Shown in pieces: positions 36,471 through 45,202 of a stretch of DNA of 64,000 nt; the first letter of the stretch is position 1; each line of letters starts with the position of its first letter. Under the pieces are notes generated by a model. That model saw only the letters and a list, made by a program, of their open reading frames with translations, was not told where the DNA came from and did not search any database. Source of the DNA: Myxococcota bacterium (GTDB lineage: Bacteria > Myxococcota_A > UBA9160 > PR03); assembly GCA_041611735.1 (NCBI GenBank), contig JBFIML010000012.1, positions 15,433-79,432 on the forward strand. Reading direction: 5' to 3'. The translations under genes and the position numbers were made by a program.

Positions 36471-37610
36471 TCACGGCCGGAAGGCCTGGATCGCCGCGAT
36501 CACCTCCCCCTGCTCGCTCTCGCCGAGGTCGGCGTACAGGGGCAGCCGCAGGAGACATTCCCCCGCGCGTTCGCTCACCGGGCAATCGCCGGCGCGGCCG
36601 CCGAAGCGCCTTCCCATGGCCGACAGGTGGAGCGGCTGATAGTGGAACACGGCCAGGATGCCCCGGGCGCCCAGATGCTCGATGAGCCGCTGGCGCACCC
36701 CGACCGACGGCAGCATCAGATGGAACAGGTGGGCGGGATGCTCGCAGTGGGGCGGCACCACGGGGAGACCGACCCCGTGCTCGCCGGCCCAGTCCGCGAG
36801 CTGCGTCCCATAGCGGTCCCAGGCCGCGGCGCGGGCGGCCTGGATCTCGTCGCGCCGCTCGAGCTGCGCATGCAGGAAGGCGGCCAGGATCTCCGCCGGC
36901 AGATAGCTCGAGCCCAGGTCCCTCCACGTGTACTTGTCCACCTTGCCCAGCAGGAAGCGGCTGCGATCCGTGCCCTTCTCGCGCACGATCTCCGCCCGCT
37001 CGATCCAGTCGGCCCGATTGATCAGGACGGCGCCCCCCTCGCCGCACGTGAAGTTCTTGGTCTCGTGGAAGCTCTGGGCCGCGAGACAACCCAGGCTCCC
37101 GAGCCAGCGCTCCTTGTAGCGCCCGAACAGACCGTGGGCATTGTCCTCCACCACCGGGACGCCGGCCTCCTGCGCGATCTCCAGGATGGCGTCCATCTCG
37201 CAGGCAACGCCCCCGTAGTGCAGGGCCACGATGCAACGCGTGCGCTCCGTGAGCTTCTCGCGCAACAGCCGCTCGTCGAGGTTCAGCGTGTCGGGTCGCA
37301 CGTCCACGAAGACGGGCCGGGCCCCGCGCAGCGCGAAGGCGTTGGCCGTGGTCACGAACGCGTACGAGGGCACCACGAACTCGTCCCCGGGCTGGAGATC
37401 CACCAGCAGCGCGCACATCTCCAAAGCGTGGGTTCCCGACGTGGTGAGCAACACCCGCTCGACCCCGAGCAGCGACTCGAGCAGCTTCGAGCAGCGCCGT
37501 GTGAACTTCCCGTCTCCCGACAGGTGCCCGGACTCGATGGCCTCCGTCACCCGCGCGATCTCGTCGCCCATCAGCGCGGGCCGGCTGAACGGAATTCGAT
37601 ACTTCCTCAC
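36471..37610 (-). CDS. wecE: dTDP-4-amino-4,6-dideoxygalactose transaminase-like (DegT/WecE family, PLP)
   Basis: ORF 36471..38210 trimmed to GTG 37610 (GTGA overlap with the upstream stop). Colinear with E. coli WecE as remembered: IPFSRP.., GDGKFTRRC, VPSYAFVTTANAF, SFHETKN (PLP Lys), REKGTDRSRF, VDKYTWRDLGSSY, FHYQPLH, LLRLPLY. 379 aa. Confidence 0.88.
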   Translation of the reverse strand: MRKYRIPFSRPALMGDEIARVTEAIESGHLSGDGKFTRRCSKLLESLLGVERVLLTTSGTHALEMCALLVDLQPGDEFVVPSYAFVTTANAFALRGARPVFVDVRPDTLNLDERLLREKLTERTRCIVALHYGGVACEMDAILEIAQEAGVPVVEDNAHGLFGRYKERWLGSLGCLAAQSFHETKNFTCGEGGAVLINRADWIERAEIVREKGTDRSRFLLGKVDKYTWRDLGSSYLPAEILAAFLHAQLERRDEIQAARAAAWDRYGTQLADWAGEHGVGLPVVPPHCEHPAHLFHLMLPSVGVRQRLIEHLGARGILAVFHYQPLHLSAMGRRFGGRAGDCPVSERAGECLLRLPLYADLGESEQGEVIAAIQAFRP

Positions 37611-38352
37611 GCTGCCTCGCCCGCATCCCCGGCCGACCAGCGGTGGTACCACAGCTCCACCGCCGTGGTCAGGAAGCCGCATCGCCCGTAGAGCCGGGCC
37701 GCCCTCACGTTGCGTCCCTGGGTCACCACCTGGGCCTCCCGGCAGCCCCGCCCTGCGAGCCAGGTCAAGGCACCGCGCAGGAGCTGCTCTCCCCAGCCTT
37801 CCCCGCGCCGGTCGGGCGCCACCGCGAAGAGCTCCACGGCCCCGATGCCGTCGTCCGCGACCTTGCACGCCAAGTAGCCGGCGGCCTTCCCCGTGGACCG
37901 CGCCACCAGCACCGCGTCCGTGCTGCCAGCAAGGCTTCGCTCGATCCACGTCTCGTAGAGGGCCGCGCAACGCTCGTCGCCGAAGTTCCCGTCGTGGTAG
38001 AAGCGCGTGTCGACGTGACTCACCCGTGCGATCTCGCGCAGGGTCGGAAGATCCTCGGGGCGGCCCGGCTCGATGCCCGACGGAAGTTCTCCCGCAACGC
38101 CCGGGATCCCACAGACCCGGGTGATGCGCACGTCCACCAAACGGAACCCGCCCTGCTCGGCGACCCGCACGCTCTCGGCGTCCTCCGCATCCGCCAGGTA
38201 GTAGACGCACTCGCCGCCCACGGCGCGGGCCCAGTCCTCGACCCCTCGAGGGTCCCCGCCGCGAGGCGCTTCGCGCACACCCGCGCGATCCGCTGTCCGA
38301 AGAACCGGGAATCCCACGGCAGCAGCCGACCGGGCGGGTCCGGCGTCGTCAC
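37607..38352 (-). CDS. wecD: dTDP-fucosamine N-acetyltransferase WecD/RffC-like (GNAT), interrupted by an apparent 1-nt frameshift near 38242-38245
   Basis: The N-terminal 37 codons (GTG 38352, GTGA overlap with the GT2 stop) read VTTPDPPGRLLPWDSRFFGQRIARV.. (WecD W-D/E-x-x-FFG motif) in the frame of ORF 38020..39498. The rest (..VEDWARAVGGECVYYLADAEDAESVRVAEQGGFRLVDVRI..GNAT core..) is in the frame of ORF 37607..38467. Adding one G to the GGGG run restores a ~248-aa protein. Confidence 0.7.
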
Positions 38353-39305
38353 CGATCGGAGCCCCGCCCCGTTTGCGCGCGGGTTGCGTAGCTGGGACGC
38401 CCCATGCTGCGCAGGTGCATGCGGGCCAGATACTCGCCCAGGATCCCCAGGGAGAAGAGCTGGGCACCGGAGAAGATGGCGATGATCGAGGCCAGGAAGG
38501 AGAAGCCCGGCACGCTGGCCCCCTCGATGACGTAGCGGCCGACCACGTACCCCAGCATCACCACCCCGAGCAGCGTGGAACCGAAGCCCACCAGGCTGGC
38601 GAGCTGTAGCGGGAAGACGCTGAAACCGGTCATCATGTTCAGCGCGTGGACGATGAGCTTGGTGACCGTGTAGTTCGATTGCCCCGACGCGCGCGGATCG
38701 TGTCGCACCTGGACTGCGGCAAAGCGCATGCTTCCCCAGGTGAGCAGCACGTCGATGTTCACGTACGGACTGGCATAGTCCGCGAAGGCCTCGCGAAGAT
38801 CGCTGCGGAAGGCCCGGAACGCACTCACCTGGCTGGCCGTCTCGGCCCCCATGGCTCCCTGGAGCACGAGCTTCGTGATGCGCGAGGCGACGCCCCTCCA
38901 CAGGCCGTGCCGCTGCCGGCCCGGGGTCCCATAGACCACGTCGAAGCCTTCCTCGAGCTTCGCGACCAGGCGGGGAATCTCCTCCGGCGGGTGCTGGAGA
39001 TCGTCGTCCATGGTGACGATTACCGGATGGCTGGCGGCGCGGATGCCACACAGGAGGGCATTGTGCTGGCCGTAGTTGCGGAGCATGCGGATCCCGTGCA
39101 GCCACGCATGCCTCTCCGCCAGCGCCTCGATGACGTGCCAGGTCCCATCCCCCGGGCTGTCGTCGTCCACCAGGATCACCTCGAACTCGGAGCTGGCGGA
39201 TTGCAGCACCGGTTCCAGGCGTTCGATCAGCTTCGGCAGGATCGCGCTGCTTTGGTAGACGGGGATCACGACACTGAGCGGACGACGCGCGGGTGTCGGG
39301 CTCAT
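38349..39305 (-). CDS. GT2 polyprenyl-phosphate glycosyltransferase (ArnC/GtrB/DPM1-like)
   Basis: ORF 38349..40304 trimmed to ATG 39305. Motifs LSVVIPVYQS.., EVILVDDDSPDG-like, NYGQHNALLCG, TMDDDLQHPPEEI. Two C-terminal TM helices (..FSVFPLQLASLVGF.., ..FLASIIAIFSGAQLFSLGILGEYL..). 318 aa. Confidence 0.85.
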   Translation of the reverse strand: MSPTPARRPLSVVIPVYQSSAILPKLIERLEPVLQSASSEFEVILVDDDSPGDGTWHVIEALAERHAWLHGIRMLRNYGQHNALLCGIRAASHPVIVTMDDDLQHPPEEIPRLVAKLEEGFDVVYGTPGRQRHGLWRGVASRITKLVLQGAMGAETASQVSAFRAFRSDLREAFADYASPYVNIDVLLTWGSMRFAAVQVRHDPRASGQSNYTVTKLIVHALNMMTGFSVFPLQLASLVGFGSTLLGVVMLGYVVGRYVIEGASVPGFSFLASIIAIFSGAQLFSLGILGEYLARMHLRSMGRPSYATRAQTGRGSDR

Positions 39306-39322
39306 CGCGGCGCTCGAGTATA

Positions 39323-40174
39323 TCACGGGCGGCACGGAGCTGAGCTTGCGACCCGCGCCACGGCCAGGCAACTCGATCCGAGCGGCAGGCGAAGACCGCG
39401 CGCAATCGCCCGGGTCTCGATTCCCAGCAACCGGTCGAGCAGGCCGGCGGCCGGGCCCGCTGGCCTGCGATGCTCGCGGGTCTCCCATTTCCGGGCATCG
39501 ACGCCGCGCCGGCCCAGACGCGTCGGCACGGTCCGGAACAGGAGGATCGGAACGGGCAGCGGCACGAAGAAGTGGGTCTGGTACTCGATCTCGAAGCCGG
39601 CCGCCCGCAGCGCCCGGGACAAGCCCCGCCCCGAGTAGCGCCGGTAGTGGCCCGCGTAGTCGTCCTCGCTCGACCACAGCCAGAGGTAGGCCGGAGCCGT
39701 CAGGTACAGCCGCGCTCCAGGCGCCATGCGCGCCCCGGTGCTTCGCAGGAATGCGACGTCGTCCGCCAGATGCTCGACGACGTCGAACAGGCCGACCGCA
39801 GAAAGGGTGCGCGGCCGGACTCCCGCATCCTCCAAGGTGGAGCACACCACGTGGGAGAGCCCACGGGCTCGCGCGTTCGCGGCGCCCTGAGGACCGGGCT
39901 CCACCAGCACGGTCTCGAAGCCGGCCCGCTCCAGGGCGAGGGCCACCACCCCATTTCCGCCTCCCACGTCGAAGATCGGCCCGGACGGGGGGAAGCGACG
40001 CACCGCCGCGACGATGCAGGCGTTGCGGTGCGCGAACCAGAAGGAGTCCCCCTCCAGCGCCAGCTTGCCCACGTTGCCGTCCTCGGGATAGGACAGCGGC
40101 GAGCGCCGCGGGGAAACCCAGACGCCGTCCTCCCGGCGCTCGAGGGCCGGTCCGATGCGGTCGAGTTCCAGCAG
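39323..40174 (-). CDS. class I SAM-dependent methyltransferase (start codon unresolved)
   Basis: Motifs ..EGDSFWFAHRNACI.. and SAM motif I IFDVGGGNGVVAL, then ..LFDVVEHL.. There is no in-frame ATG/GTG/TTG between GTG 40072 and the RND stop. However, codons 40073-40210 have coding-like GC3. CTG codons lie at 40174, 40171 and 40210, the last overlapping the RND TGA as CTGA. Confidence 0.7.
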   Translation of the reverse strand: MLELDRIGPALERREDGVWVSPRRSPLSYPEDGNVGKLALEGDSFWFAHRNACIVAAVRRFPPSGPIFDVGGGNGVVALALERAGFETVLVEPGPQGAANARARGLSHVVCSTLEDAGVRPRTLSAVGLFDVVEHLADDVAFLRSTGARMAPGARLYLTAPAYLWLWSSEDDYAGHYRRYSGRGLSRALRAAGFEIEYQTHFFVPLPVPILLFRTVPTRLGRRGVDARKWETREHRRPAGPAAGLLDRLLGIETRAIARGLRLPLGSSCLAVARVASSAPCRP

Positions 40175-40206
40175 CTGGCTCCCCCTGCGTCGTGCCCCGG
40201 CCGGTC

Positions 40207-43200
40207 TCAGCGGCCGCCACGCGCGTGGACTTCCGCTTCCAGCCCCGGGCGTCCTCGCTCCCCGAACAGGCGGCGCAAGCGGCGTTTCGCCGCGTCGGCG
40301 GCATCGTCGAAGAGCAGGTAGAACACGGGCACCACCACCAGGGTCAGCAGCATCGAGGAGAACATGCCCGCCGCGGTCGCCACCGCCATGGGGGCCCGCG
40401 ACTCGGCGCCGGGACCGAGCCCCACGGCCGCCGGCAGCACCCCGAAGATCATCGAGGTGGCGGTCATCAGGACCGGCCTCATGCGAACCGGCGCTGCCGT
40501 GCGCATCGCCTCCAGCTTGCCCATGCCTTGCGCTCGCAGTTGATTGGCGTAGTCGACCAGCAGGATCGAGTTCTTGGTCACCAGACCGAACAGGAGCAGG
40601 ATCCCGATCAGGCTGAACAGGTTGATGGTCATGCCGGCGCGGAAGAAGCTCATCACCCACAGCCCGCCCAGCGCCCCCACCATGGCCAGCGGGAGCGCCA
40701 GCATCACCGTGAGTGGATGCACCAGGCTCTCGAACTGCGCCGCCAGCACCATGTAGATCACCAGGATGCCCAGGGCGAGGGCGAGCCCGAACTGGCGCAC
40801 CCCCTCCTGCATCGCCTCCGCCTGCCCCGAGAGCTCGAGGGTCGCGCCCCGGGGCAGGACGTCCCGCGCCACCTCCTGGGCATCGGCCACCGCCTCGCCG
40901 AGGCTGCGGCCCGCGAGGTTGGCGGCGATCCCGACCGAACGCTGGCGGTTGGTGCGCGTGATCGCCGAGGGCGCCGCCCCGGTCTCGATGTGGATCAGAT
41001 TGCGCAGCTCCACAACCTCGCCGTCGCGGCCACGCACGTAGAGCCGCCCGATCGACTCGGGTTCGGCGCGATCGGCGGCGTCCAGGCGCATGCGGATGTC
41101 GTAGCGCCGGCCGGCCTCCTTGAAGACGCCCACGTCCATGCCCCCGATCATGATCTGCACCGCCTCCGCCACGCTGCGGGCGTCCACGCCGAGGGCGGCG
41201 GCCTTGTCGCGATCGGGCACCACCCGCACCTCGGGGAGGCCCAGCTTGAGGCTCGAGTTCACGTCCACGAAGCCACCCAGCGCCTCGAGCCGCCGGATCA
41301 CCCGGGCCGCCAGGGCGTCCAGCTCGGCGAGCGGCAGGTGGCCCCGCAACTCCACCTCGAAGGCGCCCGAGCGCCCGCCCGTGGAGATCATCTCGCTCGG
41401 GTTGAAGATGCGGATCTCCCGCCCCGGAACCTGTTGGAGCTCCCTGCGCGCCTCGCGGATGATCTCCATCACGCTTCGGCGCCGCTCCTCCCGCGGCATC
41501 AGATTCCCGAACAGCATGCCCTTGTTGGATGAGGCGGTCCGGGATGCCGAGTCCCCGCCGCCGCCGGACCCCGCTGCGGAGAAGAGCCCCACGATCTCGG
41601 GCTGATCCAGCATCCAGCTTTCGTCCCGCTTCAGGTAGTCGAGGGTGGCCTCCAGGGAGGTGCCGGGCGCAGCCTCGATGCGGGCGAAGAAGATGCCTTC
41701 GTCAGCCGGCGGGAAGAACTCGGTGCGGAGCTGCGAGGCGAGCGCCACGGCGCCCAGCAGGGAAAGCAGCGCGATGGCGACCGTGGCCGCGCGATGCTCG
41801 AGCGTCCAGTGCAGGAGCGTGCGGTAGCGTTGCTCCAGCCAGCCAAAGGCCTGCTCGAGCCGGTGATAGATGCTGCCGTGGGCCCGCTCGGAGGGAGGTG
41901 GCATGCGGGCCGCCAGCATGGGCGTCAAGGTCAACGCCACGAACAGCGAGATCAGCACCGCCCCCGCCACCGTAAGGCCGAAATCGCGCAGGAAGCTCCC
42001 CACCAGGCCCTGGACGAACACCACCGGCACGAAGACCGCGGCCACCGAGAGGGTGGCGGCCGTGGCGGCGAAGGCGATCTCGCGCGTGCCCTTGCTGGCG
42101 GCCTCCCGGGCGGTTTCGCCCAGCTCGCGGTGACGCTCGATGTTCTCCAGCACCACGATCGCGTCGTCGATCACCACGCCCACCGCCAGCGCCATGCCGA
42201 GCAGGGTCATCGTATTCAGCGTGAAGCCGGCCACGTACACCAGCCCGAAGGTGGTGACGAGCGACACCGGGATGGCCGCTCCCACGATCAGCGTCGGCCG
42301 TGTGCGCCGCAGGAAGACGAAGACCGTGAAGACCGCCAGCAACGCCCCGAAGGCCAGGGCGAACTCGGTCTCCGCCACGGCCTCCCGCACCCCGCGCGAG
42401 AAGTCGATGAAGCCGTCGGCGTCGTGGATGCGCAGGCCTGCGGGCAGCACGGCTTCGATCTGCGGCAACCGGCGGCGCACCTCGTCCACGATGGCCACCG
42501 TGTTGCCACCGCTCTGCTTGGTGATCCCGATGCCCAGGGACGGCTCGCCCCGATAGCGGGCGTAGACCAGCGGGTCCTCGGCGCCGTCTTCCACCCGGGC
42601 CACGTCCCGCAGCCGGACCGGCGCCCCCTCCTGCCAGGCGACCACCAGACCCTCGAGCTCCGAGACGCTCCGGAACTCGGCGTCGGTCTTGACCGCGTAC
42701 TCGACCCGGCCGCTCTCCACGCGCCCCCCGGGCACCTCCACGTGTTCGCGGCGCAGGGCCGCCAGCACGTCGCTCGCGGCGAGACCCCGCGCGCGCATGG
42801 CGTCCCCGTCCAGCCAGATGCGGATGTTGCGGTCGCGGCGTCCGAACATGGCCACGCCCGCCACGCCCGGGATCGTCTCGATCAGGGGAGCCACCTGCCG
42901 GCGCACGTACTCGCTCGCCTTCACCAGCGGCAGCTCGAGCTGGAAGGGAATCCACAGCACCGGCGAGTCGTTCGGGTTGTAGCTGGAGACCACCGGCGGA
43001 TCGAGCTGGACGGGGAGCTGGCGGCGCACCACGGCCACCTTGTCGCGCACCTCCTGGGCGACCACGTCCAGGTCGCTGCCCAGCTGGAACTCGACGACGA
43101 CCTGGGAGACGCCCCGTGCCGAGGTGGAGCGGATCGAGCGGACGCCGGCGATGGTGTTGAGCTGTTCCTCGAGGACGTCGGTCACGTCCTCCTCGATGCC

Positions 43201-43371
43201 TTCCGGGGTGGCGCCCTCCAGCGTCGCCGTGACCGTCAGCACCGGAAACTCCATGTTCGGGAACTGGTCCACGCCGAGGCGCGTGTAGCCGAGCACGCCG
43301 AAGACCAGGAGTGCGAGCGTCATCATCCAGGTGAGGATGGGACGCCGGATGGAGACGTCCGAGAGGGTCAC
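40207..43371 (-). CDS. RND efflux transporter, inner-membrane permease (AcrB/HAE1 family)
   Basis: 1054 aa. N-terminus MTLSDVSIRRPILTWMMTLALLVFG.. with the 12-TM / two large periplasmic loop organisation. GTG 43371 overlaps the MFP stop. Confidence 0.93.
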   Translation of the reverse strand: MTLSDVSIRRPILTWMMTLALLVFGVLGYTRLGVDQFPNMEFPVLTVTATLEGATPEGIEEDVTDVLEEQLNTIAGVRSIRSTSARGVSQVVVEFQLGSDLDVVAQEVRDKVAVVRRQLPVQLDPPVVSSYNPNDSPVLWIPFQLELPLVKASEYVRRQVAPLIETIPGVAGVAMFGRRDRNIRIWLDGDAMRARGLAASDVLAALRREHVEVPGGRVESGRVEYAVKTDAEFRSVSELEGLVVAWQEGAPVRLRDVARVEDGAEDPLVYARYRGEPSLGIGITKQSGGNTVAIVDEVRRRLPQIEAVLPAGLRIHDADGFIDFSRGVREAVAETEFALAFGALLAVFTVFVFLRRTRPTLIVGAAIPVSLVTTFGLVYVAGFTLNTMTLLGMALAVGVVIDDAIVVLENIERHRELGETAREAASKGTREIAFAATAATLSVAAVFVPVVFVQGLVGSFLRDFGLTVAGAVLISLFVALTLTPMLAARMPPPSERAHGSIYHRLEQAFGWLEQRYRTLLHWTLEHRAATVAIALLSLLGAVALASQLRTEFFPPADEGIFFARIEAAPGTSLEATLDYLKRDESWMLDQPEIVGLFSAAGSGGGGDSASRTASSNKGMLFGNLMPREERRRSVMEIIREARRELQQVPGREIRIFNPSEMISTGGRSGAFEVELRGHLPLAELDALAARVIRRLEALGGFVDVNSSLKLGLPEVRVVPDRDKAAALGVDARSVAEAVQIMIGGMDVGVFKEAGRRYDIRMRLDAADRAEPESIGRLYVRGRDGEVVELRNLIHIETGAAPSAITRTNRQRSVGIAANLAGRSLGEAVADAQEVARDVLPRGATLELSGQAEAMQEGVRQFGLALALGILVIYMVLAAQFESLVHPLTVMLALPLAMVGALGGLWVMSFFRAGMTINLFSLIGILLLFGLVTKNSILLVDYANQLRAQGMGKLEAMRTAAPVRMRPVLMTATSMIFGVLPAAVGLGPGAESRAPMAVATAAGMFSSMLLTLVVVPVFYLLFDDAADAAKRRLRRLFGERGRPGLEAEVHARGGR

Positions 43372-44540
43372 GGGCTCGCCGGTCCTTCGGGGGCCCCGGC
43401 GCGGCTCACCGCCTCGCCGGCCGCGCCCGACGCGGGGGGCTGCTCGAGCAGGCGCCCCGCGGCGTCGCGCAGCGAGACCGGCGAGCCGTCCACGAGCTGG
43501 TCGTGGCCGCGCACCACCACCACGTCGCCCACCGCGAGGCCCTCGCTGACCTCGACCAGGCCCTCCCGGAAGACGCCGAGCCGCAACACGCGGCGCTCGG
43601 CGCGGGAATCGTCCGCCAGCCGAAAGGCCACCGACCCGTCGGCGCGTTGCAGCACCGCCTCCTCGGGGACCATCGCCACGCCCTGGCGCAGCGAGATGCC
43701 GAGGTCGACCCGTGCGAAGAGGCCGGGCCGCAGGCGCCCGTCGGCATTGGGCAGCAGGGCCTTCACTCGCAGCGTGCGCGTGGCGGGATCGATGGTCGGA
43801 GAGACGACGGTGACCTCGGCGCGGAACACCTGATCCGGAAAGGGCGACACGCGCACGTCCACCGGGGCACCTCGGGCGACCCGGCTCGAGTCCCGCTCGG
43901 CCAGGTGGAACTCCACCTCGATCGGATCGAGGGCGACCAGGTCGAAGAGCTTCGCGCCGAGCGTGACGAACTCGCCCTCGCTGACCCAGCGGCGGGAGAC
44001 GAGACCGGCAAAGGGCGCCGCCACGCTGGAGTCGCGCAGCGAGCGCCCGGCGATCCCCAGCTGCGCCACGGCCGCGTCGCGGCGTGAGCGCGCCAGGCGC
44101 AGCTGCGTCTCGGCCGCGTCCAGCCGGGCGTCCGAAGCCACCCCCTCCTGGTGGAGCTTGCGCATGCGGGCCAGCTCCCGCTCGCTCTCTCCGAAGCTGG
44201 CCCGCGCCTCCGCCAGCCGCGCCCGGGCGTCCGCCAGCTCGAGCTGCCGCTTCTCGGGGTCGATCTCCATCACGACCTGACCCGCGGCGACGGCATCTCC
44301 TTCGCCGTGCACCACCCGCGTCACCTGCCCCGCCAGCTGGGCCGCGACCGTCGCCGCGTCCCGGGCGCGCAGCTCGCCGGTGGCCTCGATGCGCTCCTCG
44401 AGGCGGTGGGCCTCGACCCGCTGCACCAGCACCGGGGGCGCCACGAACGCCGAGGACCCGGTCTCGCCGCCACAGGCGACGAGGCCGCGCGCCGCCAGGG
44501 CGAGCACGGCGAGCCGGACGGCGCGCCTCCCCGCCCTCAT
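43368..44540 (-). CDS. RND efflux periplasmic adaptor (MFP/HlyD family) lipoprotein
   Basis: ORF trimmed to ATG 44540 (ATGA overlap with the TetR stop). Lipobox ..ARGLVACGG. Coiled-coil hairpin, barrel-sandwich motifs (..APFAGLVSRRWVSEGEFV..). 390 aa. Confidence 0.9.
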   Translation of the reverse strand: MRAGRRAVRLAVLALAARGLVACGGETGSSAFVAPPVLVQRVEAHRLEERIEATGELRARDAATVAAQLAGQVTRVVHGEGDAVAAGQVVMEIDPEKRQLELADARARLAEARASFGESERELARMRKLHQEGVASDARLDAAETQLRLARSRRDAAVAQLGIAGRSLRDSSVAAPFAGLVSRRWVSEGEFVTLGAKLFDLVALDPIEVEFHLAERDSSRVARGAPVDVRVSPFPDQVFRAEVTVVSPTIDPATRTLRVKALLPNADGRLRPGLFARVDLGISLRQGVAMVPEEAVLQRADGSVAFRLADDSRAERRVLRLGVFREGLVEVSEGLAVGDVVVVRGHDQLVDGSPVSLRDAAGRLLEQPPASGAAGEAVSRAGAPEGPASP

Positions 44541-45160
44541 CGGCGGACCCCCGACGTCTCTACGGCCTGGCGCACGAAGCTGCGCAGCAGCGCATCGACG
44601 CCTGCCTCGAGCAGCTCCGGGGCCCACTCGAGGTCGGTGCGGGTGGTGCGGAGCAGGATGAAGCCGTGGAGGAATGCCCAGAAGGCCTGACGGGCCACCG
44701 TGCGGTCCGCAGACAGACGGCCCTGGGCGGCGAGCCGGTCCCACGGATGCTCGAGCAGGGCGCGGGCCTTCTCCGCCGAAGGCGGTCGAGCGCACGACGG
44801 CGCACGGGGCGCCGCCAGGAGGGCGTAGTGCGTGGGATGGCGCAGCCCGAAGCGGGCGAAGACCCGGCACATGGCCCGCACGTTCTCCACCGGGTCGTCG
44901 CCCAGCCGGATCCGTTGCAGACCCGCCACGAGGCCCCGGCAGCGCTCCTCCAGCAGGGCGTCCAGGAGACGCTGCTTGTCCCCGAAGTAGTGGTACAGGG
45001 TCGGCGCCCTGACGCCGCAACGCTCCGCCAGGCGGCGCATGGAGAAGCGCTCGCCCCCGTCCTCCACGAGCAGCGCCTCGCTGGCGTCCAGGATGGTGCG
45101 CCGGGCCTCGGCGCGGCGCTTGGGTCGGCGTCGCCGGGCGGCGGGCAACAGGTTGGCCAT
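44537..45160 (-). CDS. TetR/AcrR family transcriptional regulator
   Basis: 207 aa. N-terminal HTH: RRTILDASEALLVEDGGERFSMRRLAERCGVRAPTLYHYFGDKQRLL. Confidence 0.92.
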   Translation of the reverse strand: MANLLPAARRRRPKRRAEARRTILDASEALLVEDGGERFSMRRLAERCGVRAPTLYHYFGDKQRLLDALLEERCRGLVAGLQRIRLGDDPVENVRAMCRVFARFGLRHPTHYALLAAPRAPSCARPPSAEKARALLEHPWDRLAAQGRLSADRTVARQAFWAFLHGFILLRTTRTDLEWAPELLEAGVDALLRSFVRQAVETSGVRR

Positions 45161-45187
45161 GGGGAGTCTCGTCCGGAAGGATCTCGA

Positions 45188-45202
45188 TGTATAACGCCGT
45201 TA
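45188..45202 (-). promoter_or_regulatory. candidate TetR operator / -10 region (palindrome TAACG-C-CGTTA overlapping TATACA)
   Basis: A perfect 11-bp palindrome at 45192-45202, 32 nt upstream of the TetR ATG. On the minus strand it abuts a TATACA -10-like hexamer (45193-45188). It is an AT-rich island in GC-rich DNA. Confidence 0.4.

Noticed and set aside
37607-38467. Taking ORF 37607..38467 at face value as the complete acetyltransferase.
   Set aside because: Its first ~70 codons overlap the GT2 gene and are Arg/Pro/Ala-rich with no homology. The genuine WecD N-terminal motif is in the neighbouring frame, starting at the GTGA junction at 38352.
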